64,000 nucleotides of DNA from Dehalococcoidia bacterium (GTDB lineage: Bacteria > Chloroflexota > Dehalococcoidia > Lucifugimonadales > UBA3495), in contig OZ253540.1 in assembly GCA_965262485.1 (NCBI GenBank), positions 532,711 through 596,710 on the forward strand, read 5' to 3'. Shown here one piece after another: positions 1 to 7,764 of the stretch; the stretch's first letter is position 1; every line of letters begins with the position of its first letter. Under the pieces are notes generated by a model, which was not told the DNA's origin, made no database searches, and saw nothing but the letters and a program-made list of their open reading frames with translations. Position numbers and translations under genes: made by a program.

Positions 1-1194
1 GACGATCTGGCGGAGACGATCACCCGGGAAGAGGGGAAGGTCATCGCAGAAGGACGGGCCGAGGTACAGCGCGCAATCCAAACGATTACGCTGTCGGCTG
101 AAGAATCAAAGCGACTGCACGGCGAGACCGTACCACTGGATGCCGCTCCGGGCATCGTAAGTCAGTTTGGTTTTACGATTCGCGTACCGGTGGGAGTAGT
201 CGCGGCCATCGCTCCATTCAACTTCCCGCTGAATCTGGTGTGCCACAAGGTGGGGCCGGCCCTGGCCGGAGGCAACGCCGTGATTTTGAAACCGGCCGGA
301 GACACACCCCTTTCGGCGCTGAAACTGACCGAGATTTTGCTTGAAGCAGGATTGCCGGAAGAAGCGATGCAGACGGTTACCGGCTCCGGCGGCGAGATGG
401 GGGATGCCATCACCGGGGATCCCAGAGTCAGGAAGATTACCTTTACCGGCAGCATGGAAGTCGGCGACCGAATCTGTCGAAACGCCGGTATCAAGAAGGT
501 AACGATGGAGCTGGGGTCCAACAGCCCGCTCATCATCATGTCGGACGCCGACATAGAAAAGGTCGCTGCGGCAACTGTTGCCAGCGGGTTTTCCAACGCC
601 GGCCAGGTGTGTATCTCGACGCAGCGGGTGTTTGCGGCCCGGGCGATTTATGCCGACCTGCTGGATGCCCTGGTGCGGCCCACGCAGGAATTCAACGCTG
701 GCAACCCTTTCGACGAGGACGTAAAGATGGGCCCCATGATCCGTCAGGCCGACGCCGAGCGTGTCGAGAGCTGGATCGCGGAGGCAGTGGGCCAGGGGGC
801 GAGAGTCATCGCCGGCGGAGATCGCGAGGGTACGCTGCACACCGCGACGGTGATTGCCGACGCGCTTCCTGACATGCTGATTTCCAGGGAAGAACTGTTT
901 GGCCCGGCCATTGCCGTCAGCGCATTTGATGATATTGACGATGCGATAGCCAAAGCCAACGATTCCCGCTTTGGGCTTTCCGCGGGGATATTCACGCAGA
1001 ACGTGGATTGGGCGATGCGGTTCGCGCAGGAGGTCCATTCCGGAAATCTGCACATCAACGCATCCCCACAGTGGCGGGCTGACGTGATGCCTTATGGGGG
1101 CCTGAAAGACAGCGGGATGGGCAAGGAAGGCCCGGCATACGCCATTGACGAGATGACCGAATTGAAGATGGTCGTATTCCATCTTGGTGTCTAA
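1..1194 (+). CDS. aldehyde dehydrogenase family protein (5' end outside window)
   Basis: Frame 1 is open from base 1 and continuous with ORF 190..1194. ALDH motifs are present: FTGSMEVG, ELGSNSP, GQVCISTQR (catalytic Cys) and PYGGLKDSGMGKEG. Confidence 0.9.
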   Translation, partial: DDLAETITREEGKVIAEGRAEVQRAIQTITLSAEESKRLHGETVPLDAAPGIVSQFGFTIRVPVGVVAAIAPFNFPLNLVCHKVGPALAGGNAVILKPAGDTPLSALKLTEILLEAGLPEEAMQTVTGSGGEMGDAITGDPRVRKITFTGSMEVGDRICRNAGIKKVTMELGSNSPLIIMSDADIEKVAAATVASGFSNAGQVCISTQRVFAARAIYADLLDALVRPTQEFNAGNPFDEDVKMGPMIRQADAERVESWIAEAVGQGARVIAGGDREGTLHTATVIADALPDMLISREELFGPAIAVSAFDDIDDAIAKANDSRFGLSAGIFTQNVDWAMRFAQEVHSGNLHINASPQWRADVMPYGGLKDSGMGKEGPAYAIDEMTELKMVVFHLGV

Positions 1195-1259
1195 ACTGTC
1201 CCGGTTCCAATCCCAACCCCCTCCGCTCCGGAGGGGGTTATGCTTATCGGAGAGGTGGA

Positions 1260-2072
1260 ATGACCAGCAGACCGCACGGAATTGACGGCTGGGGATATGC
1301 TTCCCAGGAATATGTTCCCGCACCCCGATTGATGACGCACATACCATCCGGCGCGTTGGTGGTAACTCCTCACCCCGATGATGCCGAAGGTGGATGCGGG
1401 GCGGCCATGGCCCGTTGGATTGCCGAAGCGGGAACTCATGTGGTTGTGCTGATGTCAACCAACGGCAACAAAGGCACCGGAGACAAGTCATTCACTCCCG
1501 AGTCCCTGGCTGCCACCCGTGAGATCGAGCAACAGAATGCTTCCCGCGTTTTGGGGGTGGACGAGGTGGTGTTCCTGCGGTACGGAGACGGGGAACTGGA
1601 AGACACGCTCAAGTATCGTGCGGAAGTGGTGCGTGAAATCCGCCGGCACAAGCCGGAGGTCATCTTTTGCATCGACCCGTACCGCGTCACTTCCCACACT
1701 CACCGGGACCACCGCAGGAGCGGGCAGGTGGCCCTGGATGCGGCGTTTTCATACGCCTGGAGTCGGCTGGATTTTCCGGAGCAGATTACCGACGAGGGCC
1801 TGGAAACGCACCAGGTCAAGGAAGCGTTGCTGTGGGGGTCAGAACGGCCTGATACGTTCATCGAAATTAACGAGGAACACATCCGCCTGAAGGCCGAATC
1901 CCTCAGCGCACACGTGTCGCAGATGGGAACACGCACACCCGCAGATCGCTTGGAGCGCATGACCGAAGGTTGCCGTATGCAGGGTGAGCGTTGCGGGACT
2001 CCGTTTGCTGAAGGGTTCCGCCGCATCGAGTTCAATCTTGGCACCGATGAATGGTGGCTGTTGAACCGTTGA
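1260..2072 (+). CDS. PIG-L/LmbE family deacetylase
   Basis: 270-aa ORF with VVTPHPDDAEGGCG (PIG-L HPDD metal motif) and a later HTHRDH. GGAGAGGTGG lies just upstream of ATG 1260. Confidence 0.8.
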   Translation: MTSRPHGIDGWGYASQEYVPAPRLMTHIPSGALVVTPHPDDAEGGCGAAMARWIAEAGTHVVVLMSTNGNKGTGDKSFTPESLAATREIEQQNASRVLGVDEVVFLRYGDGELEDTLKYRAEVVREIRRHKPEVIFCIDPYRVTSHTHRDHRRSGQVALDAAFSYAWSRLDFPEQITDEGLETHQVKEALLWGSERPDTFIEINEEHIRLKAESLSAHVSQMGTRTPADRLERMTEGCRMQGERCGTPFAEGFRRIEFNLGTDEWWLLNR

Positions 2073-2088
2073 CGGTTACGTGGGTCAG

Positions 2089-2694
2089 TTACGTGGTTAT
2101 GGCGGCGATGATCTCATCCGCACTGGCGACCCAGGCCATCCTTGGGAAAATGGTGTCCATGCAGACCTCATGCTCCACTACGGTTGCGGCAGCGCAGCAG
2201 TCGCGGGCCACGATGCAGTCGTAGTCCTTATCCCGGGCATCGCGGAGCGAACCCTCCACAACGCCGGTGGTTGAATAACCCGTGAGGATGAGCGTGGTTA
2301 TCCCGAACCGCCGCAGGAAAACCTCAATGTCAGTGGTATTGAACGGGCTGGTGGTGTGCTTGACGATCACCGGATCGCCGGGCAACGGGGCAAGCTCTGA
2401 AACCACCTCGGCGTCAGCGCTGCCTTCGGTTAGACGAGGGCCAGCGTCGGCGGCGGAAGCCGGCGCGCCGAAGGGAGGGCGGGGGGCATCGCGACGATCA
2501 GCGCGCCGGGTTACCTTCACGTAGATGACCGGCATTGCTGCCGCACGGGCCGCTTCCAGCAGGCGGGCGCCGTTGGCGATGATCTCGGCTCCGGTCAACG
2601 GCTGGACGGGCATTGCATTCCCTTTCACCAACTCGTTTTGCATGTCCTGGATCAGCAGTGCGGTGGTTTGAGGATTTATGGCTATATCCGGCAT
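2089..2694 (-). CDS. isochorismatase-family cysteine hydrolase
   Basis: 201 aa with ALLIQDMQNE (Asp), YVKVTRR (Lys) and IVARDCCAA (Cys), arranged as in isochorismatase-like hydrolases. A GGAGG RBS precedes the ATG. Confidence 0.8.
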   Translation of the reverse strand: MPDIAINPQTTALLIQDMQNELVKGNAMPVQPLTGAEIIANGARLLEAARAAAMPVIYVKVTRRADRRDAPRPPFGAPASAADAGPRLTEGSADAEVVSELAPLPGDPVIVKHTTSPFNTTDIEVFLRRFGITTLILTGYSTTGVVEGSLRDARDKDYDCIVARDCCAAATVVEHEVCMDTIFPRMAWVASADEIIAAITT

Positions 2695-2724
2695 TGATTA
2701 CCTCCAGCGGGATGGTGTTGCAAG

Positions 2725-3492
2725 TTACGGTGGGTTAGACGAAGGATGGGAGCAGGTATCGGGAAACACTGGACCGCCGGCGGTGTGCTTGACCCCGTAG
2801 GCTCTCATCATAGACGAAGTGTTGCTCCTGGCTATGGAGCGAAATATGTTGGCGACAATCCCGCTGTTGCGTCGGACGGTTTGATGAGGCGCCGGCACGA
2901 CCACGCCGGGAGTCGGTTCCAGCAGGCCCCAACGGGTGGGGACTCTCTCGGCGAGCACCACTCCGGGGGGAGCCATGATGTAGTGAAAATTGGCCGCAGC
3001 GAGAAACTTGGGATTGTGAAATTTGGTTGAAACCGAGGTGTGGCGTTCCCGCAGCCGTTCCTGCTCCGCGGTGAGGCGGTCCAGGTCGGCGCGAGCGGTG
3101 CGATAGGCGGGAGTTTCCTGCCGGTGGGCATCGGTTCCGCCGAATCCGTGTTGCTGCGACTGAACCAGCGTTTGATTGGCCAGGGCAATGCGGCGTTCCA
3201 GCGAACACATACTCCTGCGGAGACGTTGGACGTCAGCCGGTGTATTGTTGTCGCGGGCGAAATCCGAGCGGCTGGTTTTGACCTCCACAGCGTAAACCGT
3301 GTTGGATGGGCCGACCGCTACGACATCTACTATGGCCCCCCAGGGTCCGTGCAGGCGGACCTCGAAGGCAATGGTTCGGCAACCGGCGACGTTATAGAGC
3401 CATTCCCATGCCGCCCATTTCAACCGATAGGTAAGTTGAGACTCACTCGCCAGTTTGAATCGCTCGGCGTCCAGCATCTCTGTACACAACAT
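2725..3492 (-). CDS. MmcB-like PD-(D/E)xK nuclease-fold protein with internal coiled-coil insertion
   Basis: GAIVDVVAV...VYAVEVKTSRSDF gives a D...ExK pattern. A helical Arg/Glu/Leu-rich insert follows, then FHYIMAPPGVV...VPTRWGLLEP. Start is set at ATG 3492; TTG 3498 is also possible. The family call comes from motif memory only. Confidence 0.5.
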   Translation of the reverse strand: MLCTEMLDAERFKLASESQLTYRLKWAAWEWLYNVAGCRTIAFEVRLHGPWGAIVDVVAVGPSNTVYAVEVKTSRSDFARDNNTPADVQRLRRSMCSLERRIALANQTLVQSQQHGFGGTDAHRQETPAYRTARADLDRLTAEQERLRERHTSVSTKFHNPKFLAAANFHYIMAPPGVVLAERVPTRWGLLEPTPGVVVPAPHQTVRRNSGIVANIFRSIARSNTSSMMRAYGVKHTAGGPVFPDTCSHPSSNPP

Positions 3493-3524
3493 GACCAATG
3501 GCGATCTCGTTGACCTGTCAGCGG

Positions 3525-4544
3525 TTATTGCTCCTTGAGTTGGGAAACTATGCGGCGGAGCTGTGCCTGTTCAGCATCGTTCGAGGTCTGGATCGAAAAG
3601 TGCATTTCGTCGACCAAACCACCGTATTTCTCCTTGAACAGGCCTGGAATATCGCCATACTCACCGATGATCGCAAAGGCGTGCAGCATGTCATCGGGTA
3701 CCAGGTCGCCCATCTCCTCCCATTTGCCTTCCAGAGAAAGTCGGTGCAGCTGGCGGCCGATGTCCTCAAAGCCGTGGCATTCAAGAACGGGGAAGTAAGT
3801 ACGAGTGGAAGAGTAAAAGGCGATCCGGCGCCTGGTCTCCGCTTCCTGATCCCTGATGGCGGCCTGGTTGGGTCCGGTAACTATGAAGCCACCTCCGACC
3901 AGGGAGATGTCGCCCGGATCGCGGCCGGCGCGTCGGGCTCCTTCGGATATATTGGGTTTGACCACCTGCCGGACGTATTCGGGGGAAGTGAGACTGTGGA
4001 GCATGAGACCGTCGCTGCACTCCCCGGCAACCAGGCAGTTGTAGCCGTTGACGGCGGCGGTAAAAACTTGAGGATGGGCGTATTCGCTGGGCCCGGGGCT
4101 GAAAAACGGCGTCATGAGAGAGAACTGGTAGAAATCGCCGGCGTATTCAAGATTGCTGCCAGTATCCCAACAATTCCAGATAGCCCGGAGGGACTGAACG
4201 TACTCTCGGAGGCGTGGGCCCGGCGAACCCCAACGGGTGGAAAACCGGCGTTCAATGTGTCCCTTCACCTGGGTGCCCAGACCGAGACGGAACCGGCCAC
4301 TGCTGGAATCTTGCAGATCGCGGGCCGTATGGGCCAGCACCATGGGCGAACGGGGAAATGCTATAGCGACGTGGGTTTCCAGGGTGACACGACTGGTGGT
4401 AGTGGCGGCAACCGCCAGCGGCAGAAACGGATCGTGGGCGGTTTCGTTGGCAGCGATTCCGTCGTAACCCATCGACTCCGCCCAGGCGGCTTCGGCGGCG
4501 ACTCCGTTCAGGTCACGGGATTTGAGGGAATACACGACTCTCAT
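3525..4544 (-). CDS. LLM-class (probably F420-dependent) oxidoreductase
   Basis: 339 aa with a luciferase-like monooxygenase pattern (GYDGIAANETAHDPF, GRFRLGLGTQVKGH). An AGGAG RBS precedes ATG 4544. Confidence 0.75.
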   Translation of the reverse strand: MRVVYSLKSRDLNGVAAEAAWAESMGYDGIAANETAHDPFLPLAVAATTTSRVTLETHVAIAFPRSPMVLAHTARDLQDSSSGRFRLGLGTQVKGHIERRFSTRWGSPGPRLREYVQSLRAIWNCWDTGSNLEYAGDFYQFSLMTPFFSPGPSEYAHPQVFTAAVNGYNCLVAGECSDGLMLHSLTSPEYVRQVVKPNISEGARRAGRDPGDISLVGGGFIVTGPNQAAIRDQEAETRRRIAFYSSTRTYFPVLECHGFEDIGRQLHRLSLEGKWEEMGDLVPDDMLHAFAIIGEYGDIPGLFKEKYGGLVDEMHFSIQTSNDAEQAQLRRIVSQLKEQ

Positions 4545-4791
4545 GGGCGCTCCTGTTGGGAATGGCTTTTGATTTTTGATGAGCCGGATTCACTTGGATT
4601 GGTACCAACTCGAACTTTAGCCCCAGCATTTCCTGAAAATCATCAGGGATGTCATTCCAATATTCGATCAGCAAATCCGACAGTTGGCTACCGTTAATCA
4701 GGCCGATACGTGGGAAGCCCGATTCTGTCGCTGCTTCACATGCGCCGTGTGCCTTCCCGTTTTGTGCGCGAACGCATGAAACGTTCATCAT
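4513..4791 (-). pseudogene. 3' relic of an Mrr-type restriction endonuclease gene
   Basis: The 92-aa ORF matches only the C-terminal ~60 aa of Mrr_cat-type enzymes (..ATESGFPRIGLINGSQLSDLLIEYWNDIPDDFQEMLGLK..). The catalytic N-terminal part is absent. The ORF abuts the MNT stop codon upstream and overlaps the LLM start by 32 nt. Confidence 0.4.
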
Positions 4792-4814
4792 AGTATGCCT
4801 GCCATGATCTCTGG

Positions 4815-5144
4815 TTAATATCCTGACGCGTCAGGATATTCTTTCCGGTAGATGGTGATTCCGAACGCGTCGATGTGACGCTTTAGTGGCGGGTGTTTGA
4901 TGCTGCCGTAATCTTGTATGTCGCATTTCTGGGGGATGTTCAAGTCTTGCAGGTCCAGCGCCAGCCGCCCCAGCCGATACTCGTCCAAAATCCCGTGGGT
5001 CGCCAGGTCGTAATCCGAGCGTGGCGTTGCCTGGCCGGTGGCGCGCGAGCCGAACAGCGTTACCGTCGTCAGCTCCGGGTAAGCGGCGAAAACCCGGTTC
5101 ATCTGGTCCCAGGTTGCCGGCGGCAGGTCAGGGGCTTTCATCAT
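4815..5144 (-). CDS. MNT-type minimal nucleotidyltransferase (antitoxin-like)
   Basis: 109 aa with LFGSRATGQATPRSDYDLA (GS...DxD nucleotidyltransferase motif). It overlaps the upstream HEPN gene by 17 nt. Confidence 0.85.
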   Translation of the reverse strand: MMKAPDLPPATWDQMNRVFAAYPELTTVTLFGSRATGQATPRSDYDLATHGILDEYRLGRLALDLQDLNIPQKCDIQDYGSIKHPPLKRHIDAFGITIYRKEYPDASGY

Positions 5145-5553
5145 CGAGCAGCTCCAGGCTCAACCGTTGGTAGAGGTTGTCGAGGACGGCCAGGTAGCGA
5201 TTGCGAATGTTTTCAATCACTGTCTGAAACCTTGCAAAGTCGTAGGTATGCGGCATCAAGTTGCGGTCAATGAGCATATCCATCCAAGCGTCCCCGTCGG
5301 CAATCAGTTTGGCGGCGAATGCTTCTCGGATGACGTTGCGCGGCGTTATTTCGGATAGGGTAACTCCGGCGTATTCCAGGCGGTCTTTGAGCGTCAGCCA
5401 GGCCAGCTCGAACGTATATTCAAAGCGCTGGATAGCCCCTTCACGCTCCAGCTCGTTAAGTTCCGCAACCTTTCGCTCCATCGCCTCGTGCAACAGGGTA
5501 TACGCACGGGAAAAATTACGAAACCTAAAATGCCAACGCACTTCCCGGCTCAT
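5128..5553 (-). CDS. HEPN protein, HI0074-type nucleotidyltransferase substrate-binding family (toxin-like)
   Basis: 141 aa with FEYTFELAWLTLKD and an Rx4H motif (RNLMPH). GAGAGGA RBS. Confidence 0.85.
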   Translation of the reverse strand: MSREVRWHFRFRNFSRAYTLLHEAMERKVAELNELEREGAIQRFEYTFELAWLTLKDRLEYAGVTLSEITPRNVIREAFAAKLIADGDAWMDMLIDRNLMPHTYDFARFQTVIENIRNRYLAVLDNLYQRLSLELLDDESP

Positions 5554-5579
5554 CTCTGTTCCTCTCGCAGCGCTGCTGG

Positions 5580-5939
5580 CTATCCCTCATCCGGTGCGTT
5601 CTCCGCATAAAGTTGGTCGGTTTTGGCTGCCATAATGAAATCGTTACGATGCAGATTGCGGATTTTGTGAGTCCACCACGTAACGGTCACGCGTCCCCAT
5701 TCGGTGGTCAATCGCGGATGGTGTCCCTCGGATTCAGCCAACTCGCCGAGGGCATTGGTGAACGCCAGCGCATTGACGAAATTGTTGAACTTGAACTGCC
5801 GGTCGAGTTTGGGGATGCCGGATTCGTCGATCAGATCCCATTCGTCTACTGCGGGATGCAGTTCGGAGATTTCATCGCCGGTGACGTGGGGCGAATCGCG
5901 GCGGCAGGCGGTGCATCTTTCGCTATAGAGTTCGGCCAT
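5580..5939 (-). CDS. 4a-hydroxytetrahydrobiopterin (pterin-4-alpha-carbinolamine) dehydratase
   Basis: PCD/DCoH pattern (FKFNNFVNALAFTNALGELAESEGHHPRLTTEWGRVTVTWWTH). ATG 5939 is preceded by AGGAGG; the ORF-track start at 6014 has no RBS. Confidence 0.85.
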   Translation of the reverse strand: MAELYSERCTACRRDSPHVTGDEISELHPAVDEWDLIDESGIPKLDRQFKFNNFVNALAFTNALGELAESEGHHPRLTTEWGRVTVTWWTHKIRNLHRNDFIMAAKTDQLYAENAPDEG

Positions 5940-6059
5940 TTGCGCCTCCTGGTGATCCTGATTAGGTGTAGTGTTCGAGTACGGCAATTCTAACATAGCG
6001 GTTGATTGGGCCAACTACGGCAGTGTCATCAATCAGGGTCATTCAATTATCCGAAATTG

Positions 6060-6700
6060 AGTACGGCCCTCACCCCCGGCCCCTCTCCCACCGGGAGCTG
6101 ACAGGGGTATGTATTTTTGCGCCATGTTGATCACCCTCATTTCGGTCGATGACTCAGAATATGGTTTGCAAACCTGAAAACTCGGCTTTCACCCCCTCGC
6201 AAAGCCTGGAGGGGTCTGTGCTCAACTCTTGTAGAATCCGAAGTTTTATACCTAATTTCGGCCTTTACATACCCTTGTCAGCCCACCGGGAGAGGGGGAC
6301 TGCCGTTTTACATCGATGGACAAGATGGACAGGATTTTGGGCCGGGGTGGGGGTCGGGGTTGCCACGCTGCGCTCGGAATGACAAGGGGTTGCGATTTCA
6401 CCCTCACCCCAACCCTCTCCCATCGAGGGAGAGGGGGAAGGGACGGGTTTTTACCTGGATGAACAGGATGGACAGGATTTTGAGCTGTGGTTTGTTGTGG
6501 GATTGCCAACCCCCGCATCGAGTACGGGGTCGCAATGACAAAGTGGGTACGCGCGGGGTGGGTGTCAGCGCTACAGGGTCGTTCGATTATCCGAAATGCG
6601 GAAGTTATCGCCTCCGGCGGAAGACGGGGCGCTTTATCGATTGCTAATGCTGGGCGCTTCTGGATTCCCGCTTTCGCAGGAATGACGGTTGAGGTGCGGG
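6060..6700. repeat. repeat-dense intergenic block of stacked GC-rich palindromic modules
   Basis: The block contains several module types:
- CCCTCACCCC..CTCTCCC-N4-GGGAGAGGGG hairpins at about 6068, 6283 and 6400.
- GGATGAACAGGATGGACAGGATTTT at about 6318 and 6455.
- GATTGCCACGCTGCGCTCGGAATGAC at about 6360.
- GATTGCCAACCCCCGCATCGAGTACGGGGTCGCAATGACAAAGTGGGTACGCG at about 6500.
- TGGATTCCCGCTTTCGCAGGAATGACGG at about 6661.
All of these recur elsewhere in the window. Confidence 0.9.
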
Positions 6701-6748
6701 AATGACGGGCAGGGGTTGGCGTTAATCGAATGCCCCGGTGTCATCAAT

Positions 6749-6853
6749 GTAACTGTTCAGACTTGCGGGGATCTGCGGGCTATTCGGCAGGGGCAACCAA
6801 GTATGGAATTTCCACTGCAAACCGCTTTCGTCCTCTCAAACGTGAACAGTTAC
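6749..6853 (+). mobile_element. MITE-like element, family A, copy 1
   Basis: 105 bp with perfect 11-bp terminal inverted repeats, GTAACTGTTCA...TGAACAGTTAC. It is flanked by an 8-bp direct duplication, TCATCAAT, at 6741-6748 and 6854-6861. A near-identical inverted copy lies at 32620..32733. Confidence 0.85.
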
Positions 6854-6869
6854 TCATCAATGGCCGCGG

Positions 6870-6898
6870 TTGAGGGTTCGCTGTGGCTGGGGTATAGT
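6870..6898 (+). promoter_or_regulatory. candidate sigma70-type promoter (TTGAGG-N17-TATAGT)
   Basis: The hexamers are at 6870-6875 and 6893-6898, 36 nt upstream of ATG 6935. Predicted by eye only. Confidence 0.35.
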
Positions 6899-6934
6899 TT
6901 GCTGAAAGCAATTTATCCGGCCGCGGAGGTTACG

Positions 6935-7750
6935 ATGAAATTTGGGGCTATCAGCAACTCCTGGCGAAATCAGCTTGACGATACCAGCCTGGGCGACCTG
7001 ATTGGCCGGGCCCAGGATCAGGGAGCCCGGCATATTGAACTGCGTCAAACTTGCCTGGCGGACGGTGAATCGGGGACCGGGGACGATTGGCGGCCCAATT
7101 TGGAAACATTGGCGGAAGTTGTGGTTCGCTTTCCCAACTTGAGTTTTGACCTGGCGGTCGCTCTACCCTGCCTGACCAGCGATATTGACCCCAGGGGCGG
7201 CTTGTTCCAGTCGCAACTGGAGGCGGCCCGCCTGGTGGGCGGCGACTCACCACATTTGCGGACGGTCGATCCGGCGACAGGCGACAAACCCTGGGTGCTG
7301 GCCGCCGATGTAGCCAAGGAAGTGGCCCGCATCGTGCCGCTGGTGAAAGAAGCGGCGCGCCAGGGGGTCATATTCTCCATGGAAAACTCGGGTCAGCCGC
7401 TGCGCTCTATGCAGATGCTGGTTCGGGAAGCCCGGGCCCGGATGACCGACGAGCAAGGCAAGTACCTGGGGTTGTGTCCTGACCCGACCAACCAGCTGCG
7501 ACGGCATCCCGACAGCCATCCCCTGGACGAATTGGCGGCTTTGCCAGCTGATTTCATCAAGATTGTACATTTCAAACAGGCCCGCGACGGAGTTGCGCTG
7601 GAGAGCGTGGAAGACGGGGACCTGGATTGTCGGGCGATGGTGCGCATCCTGCGGGGCAAATCCTACGACGGCGCAGCGATTATGGAGATCCCGTCATCGG
7701 ACGGCGTGTTTGATAATCTGGCGGCGAGTTTCGCTTATCTGGAAGGCTGA
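6935..7750 (+). CDS. sugar phosphate isomerase/epimerase (xylose-isomerase-like TIM barrel) family protein
   Basis: Pattern ARHIEL...FSMENSG...LCPDPTN...VHFKQ...IMEIPS. Start is set at ATG 6935 (GGAGGT RBS), because the upstream part of ORF 6689.. runs through the MITE and palindromic repeats. Confidence 0.65.
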   Translation: MKFGAISNSWRNQLDDTSLGDLIGRAQDQGARHIELRQTCLADGESGTGDDWRPNLETLAEVVVRFPNLSFDLAVALPCLTSDIDPRGGLFQSQLEAARLVGGDSPHLRTVDPATGDKPWVLAADVAKEVARIVPLVKEAARQGVIFSMENSGQPLRSMQMLVREARARMTDEQGKYLGLCPDPTNQLRRHPDSHPLDELAALPADFIKIVHFKQARDGVALESVEDGDLDCRAMVRILRGKSYDGAAIMEIPSSDGVFDNLAASFAYLEG

Positions 7751-7764
7751 CGAGCCAGCGAAAA

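Noticed and set aside
106-1491. 461-aa minus-strand ORF.
   Set aside because: It is fully antisense to a well-supported aldehyde dehydrogenase. It has an Arg/Gly/His-rich composition typical of shadow ORFs in high-GC DNA and no recognisable motifs.
3498-4697. 399-aa plus-strand ORF.
   Set aside because: It is antisense to the LLM oxidoreductase gene. It shows low-complexity, high-GC shadow-frame composition.
6060-6700. Possibility that the repeat clusters are a CRISPR array. The same question applies at 14.9-15.3k, 34.1-34.4k and 63.2-63.4k.
   Set aside because: The repeats are of several different types, occur in both orientations, and are irregularly spaced without unique spacers of uniform length. 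No cas genes lie in the window.
6149-6705. Short ORFs with recurring peptides (IANPRIEYG.AMTKWVR, IPAFAGMT, MNRMDRI, PHPNPLPSRERG). Similar ORFs occur at 14888-15295, 34195-34502 and 63114-63603.
   Set aside because: The recurrence is at the DNA level, as palindromic repeat modules in both orientations and in different frames. It is not protein homology. There are no RBSs, and all of these ORFs lie in intergenic blocks.
6689-6934. N-terminal 82 codons of ORF 6689..7750.
   Set aside because: This stretch reads through a palindromic unit and the whole MITE-A copy 1. A GGAGGT RBS and ATG at 6935 give a normal-length TIM-barrel protein.
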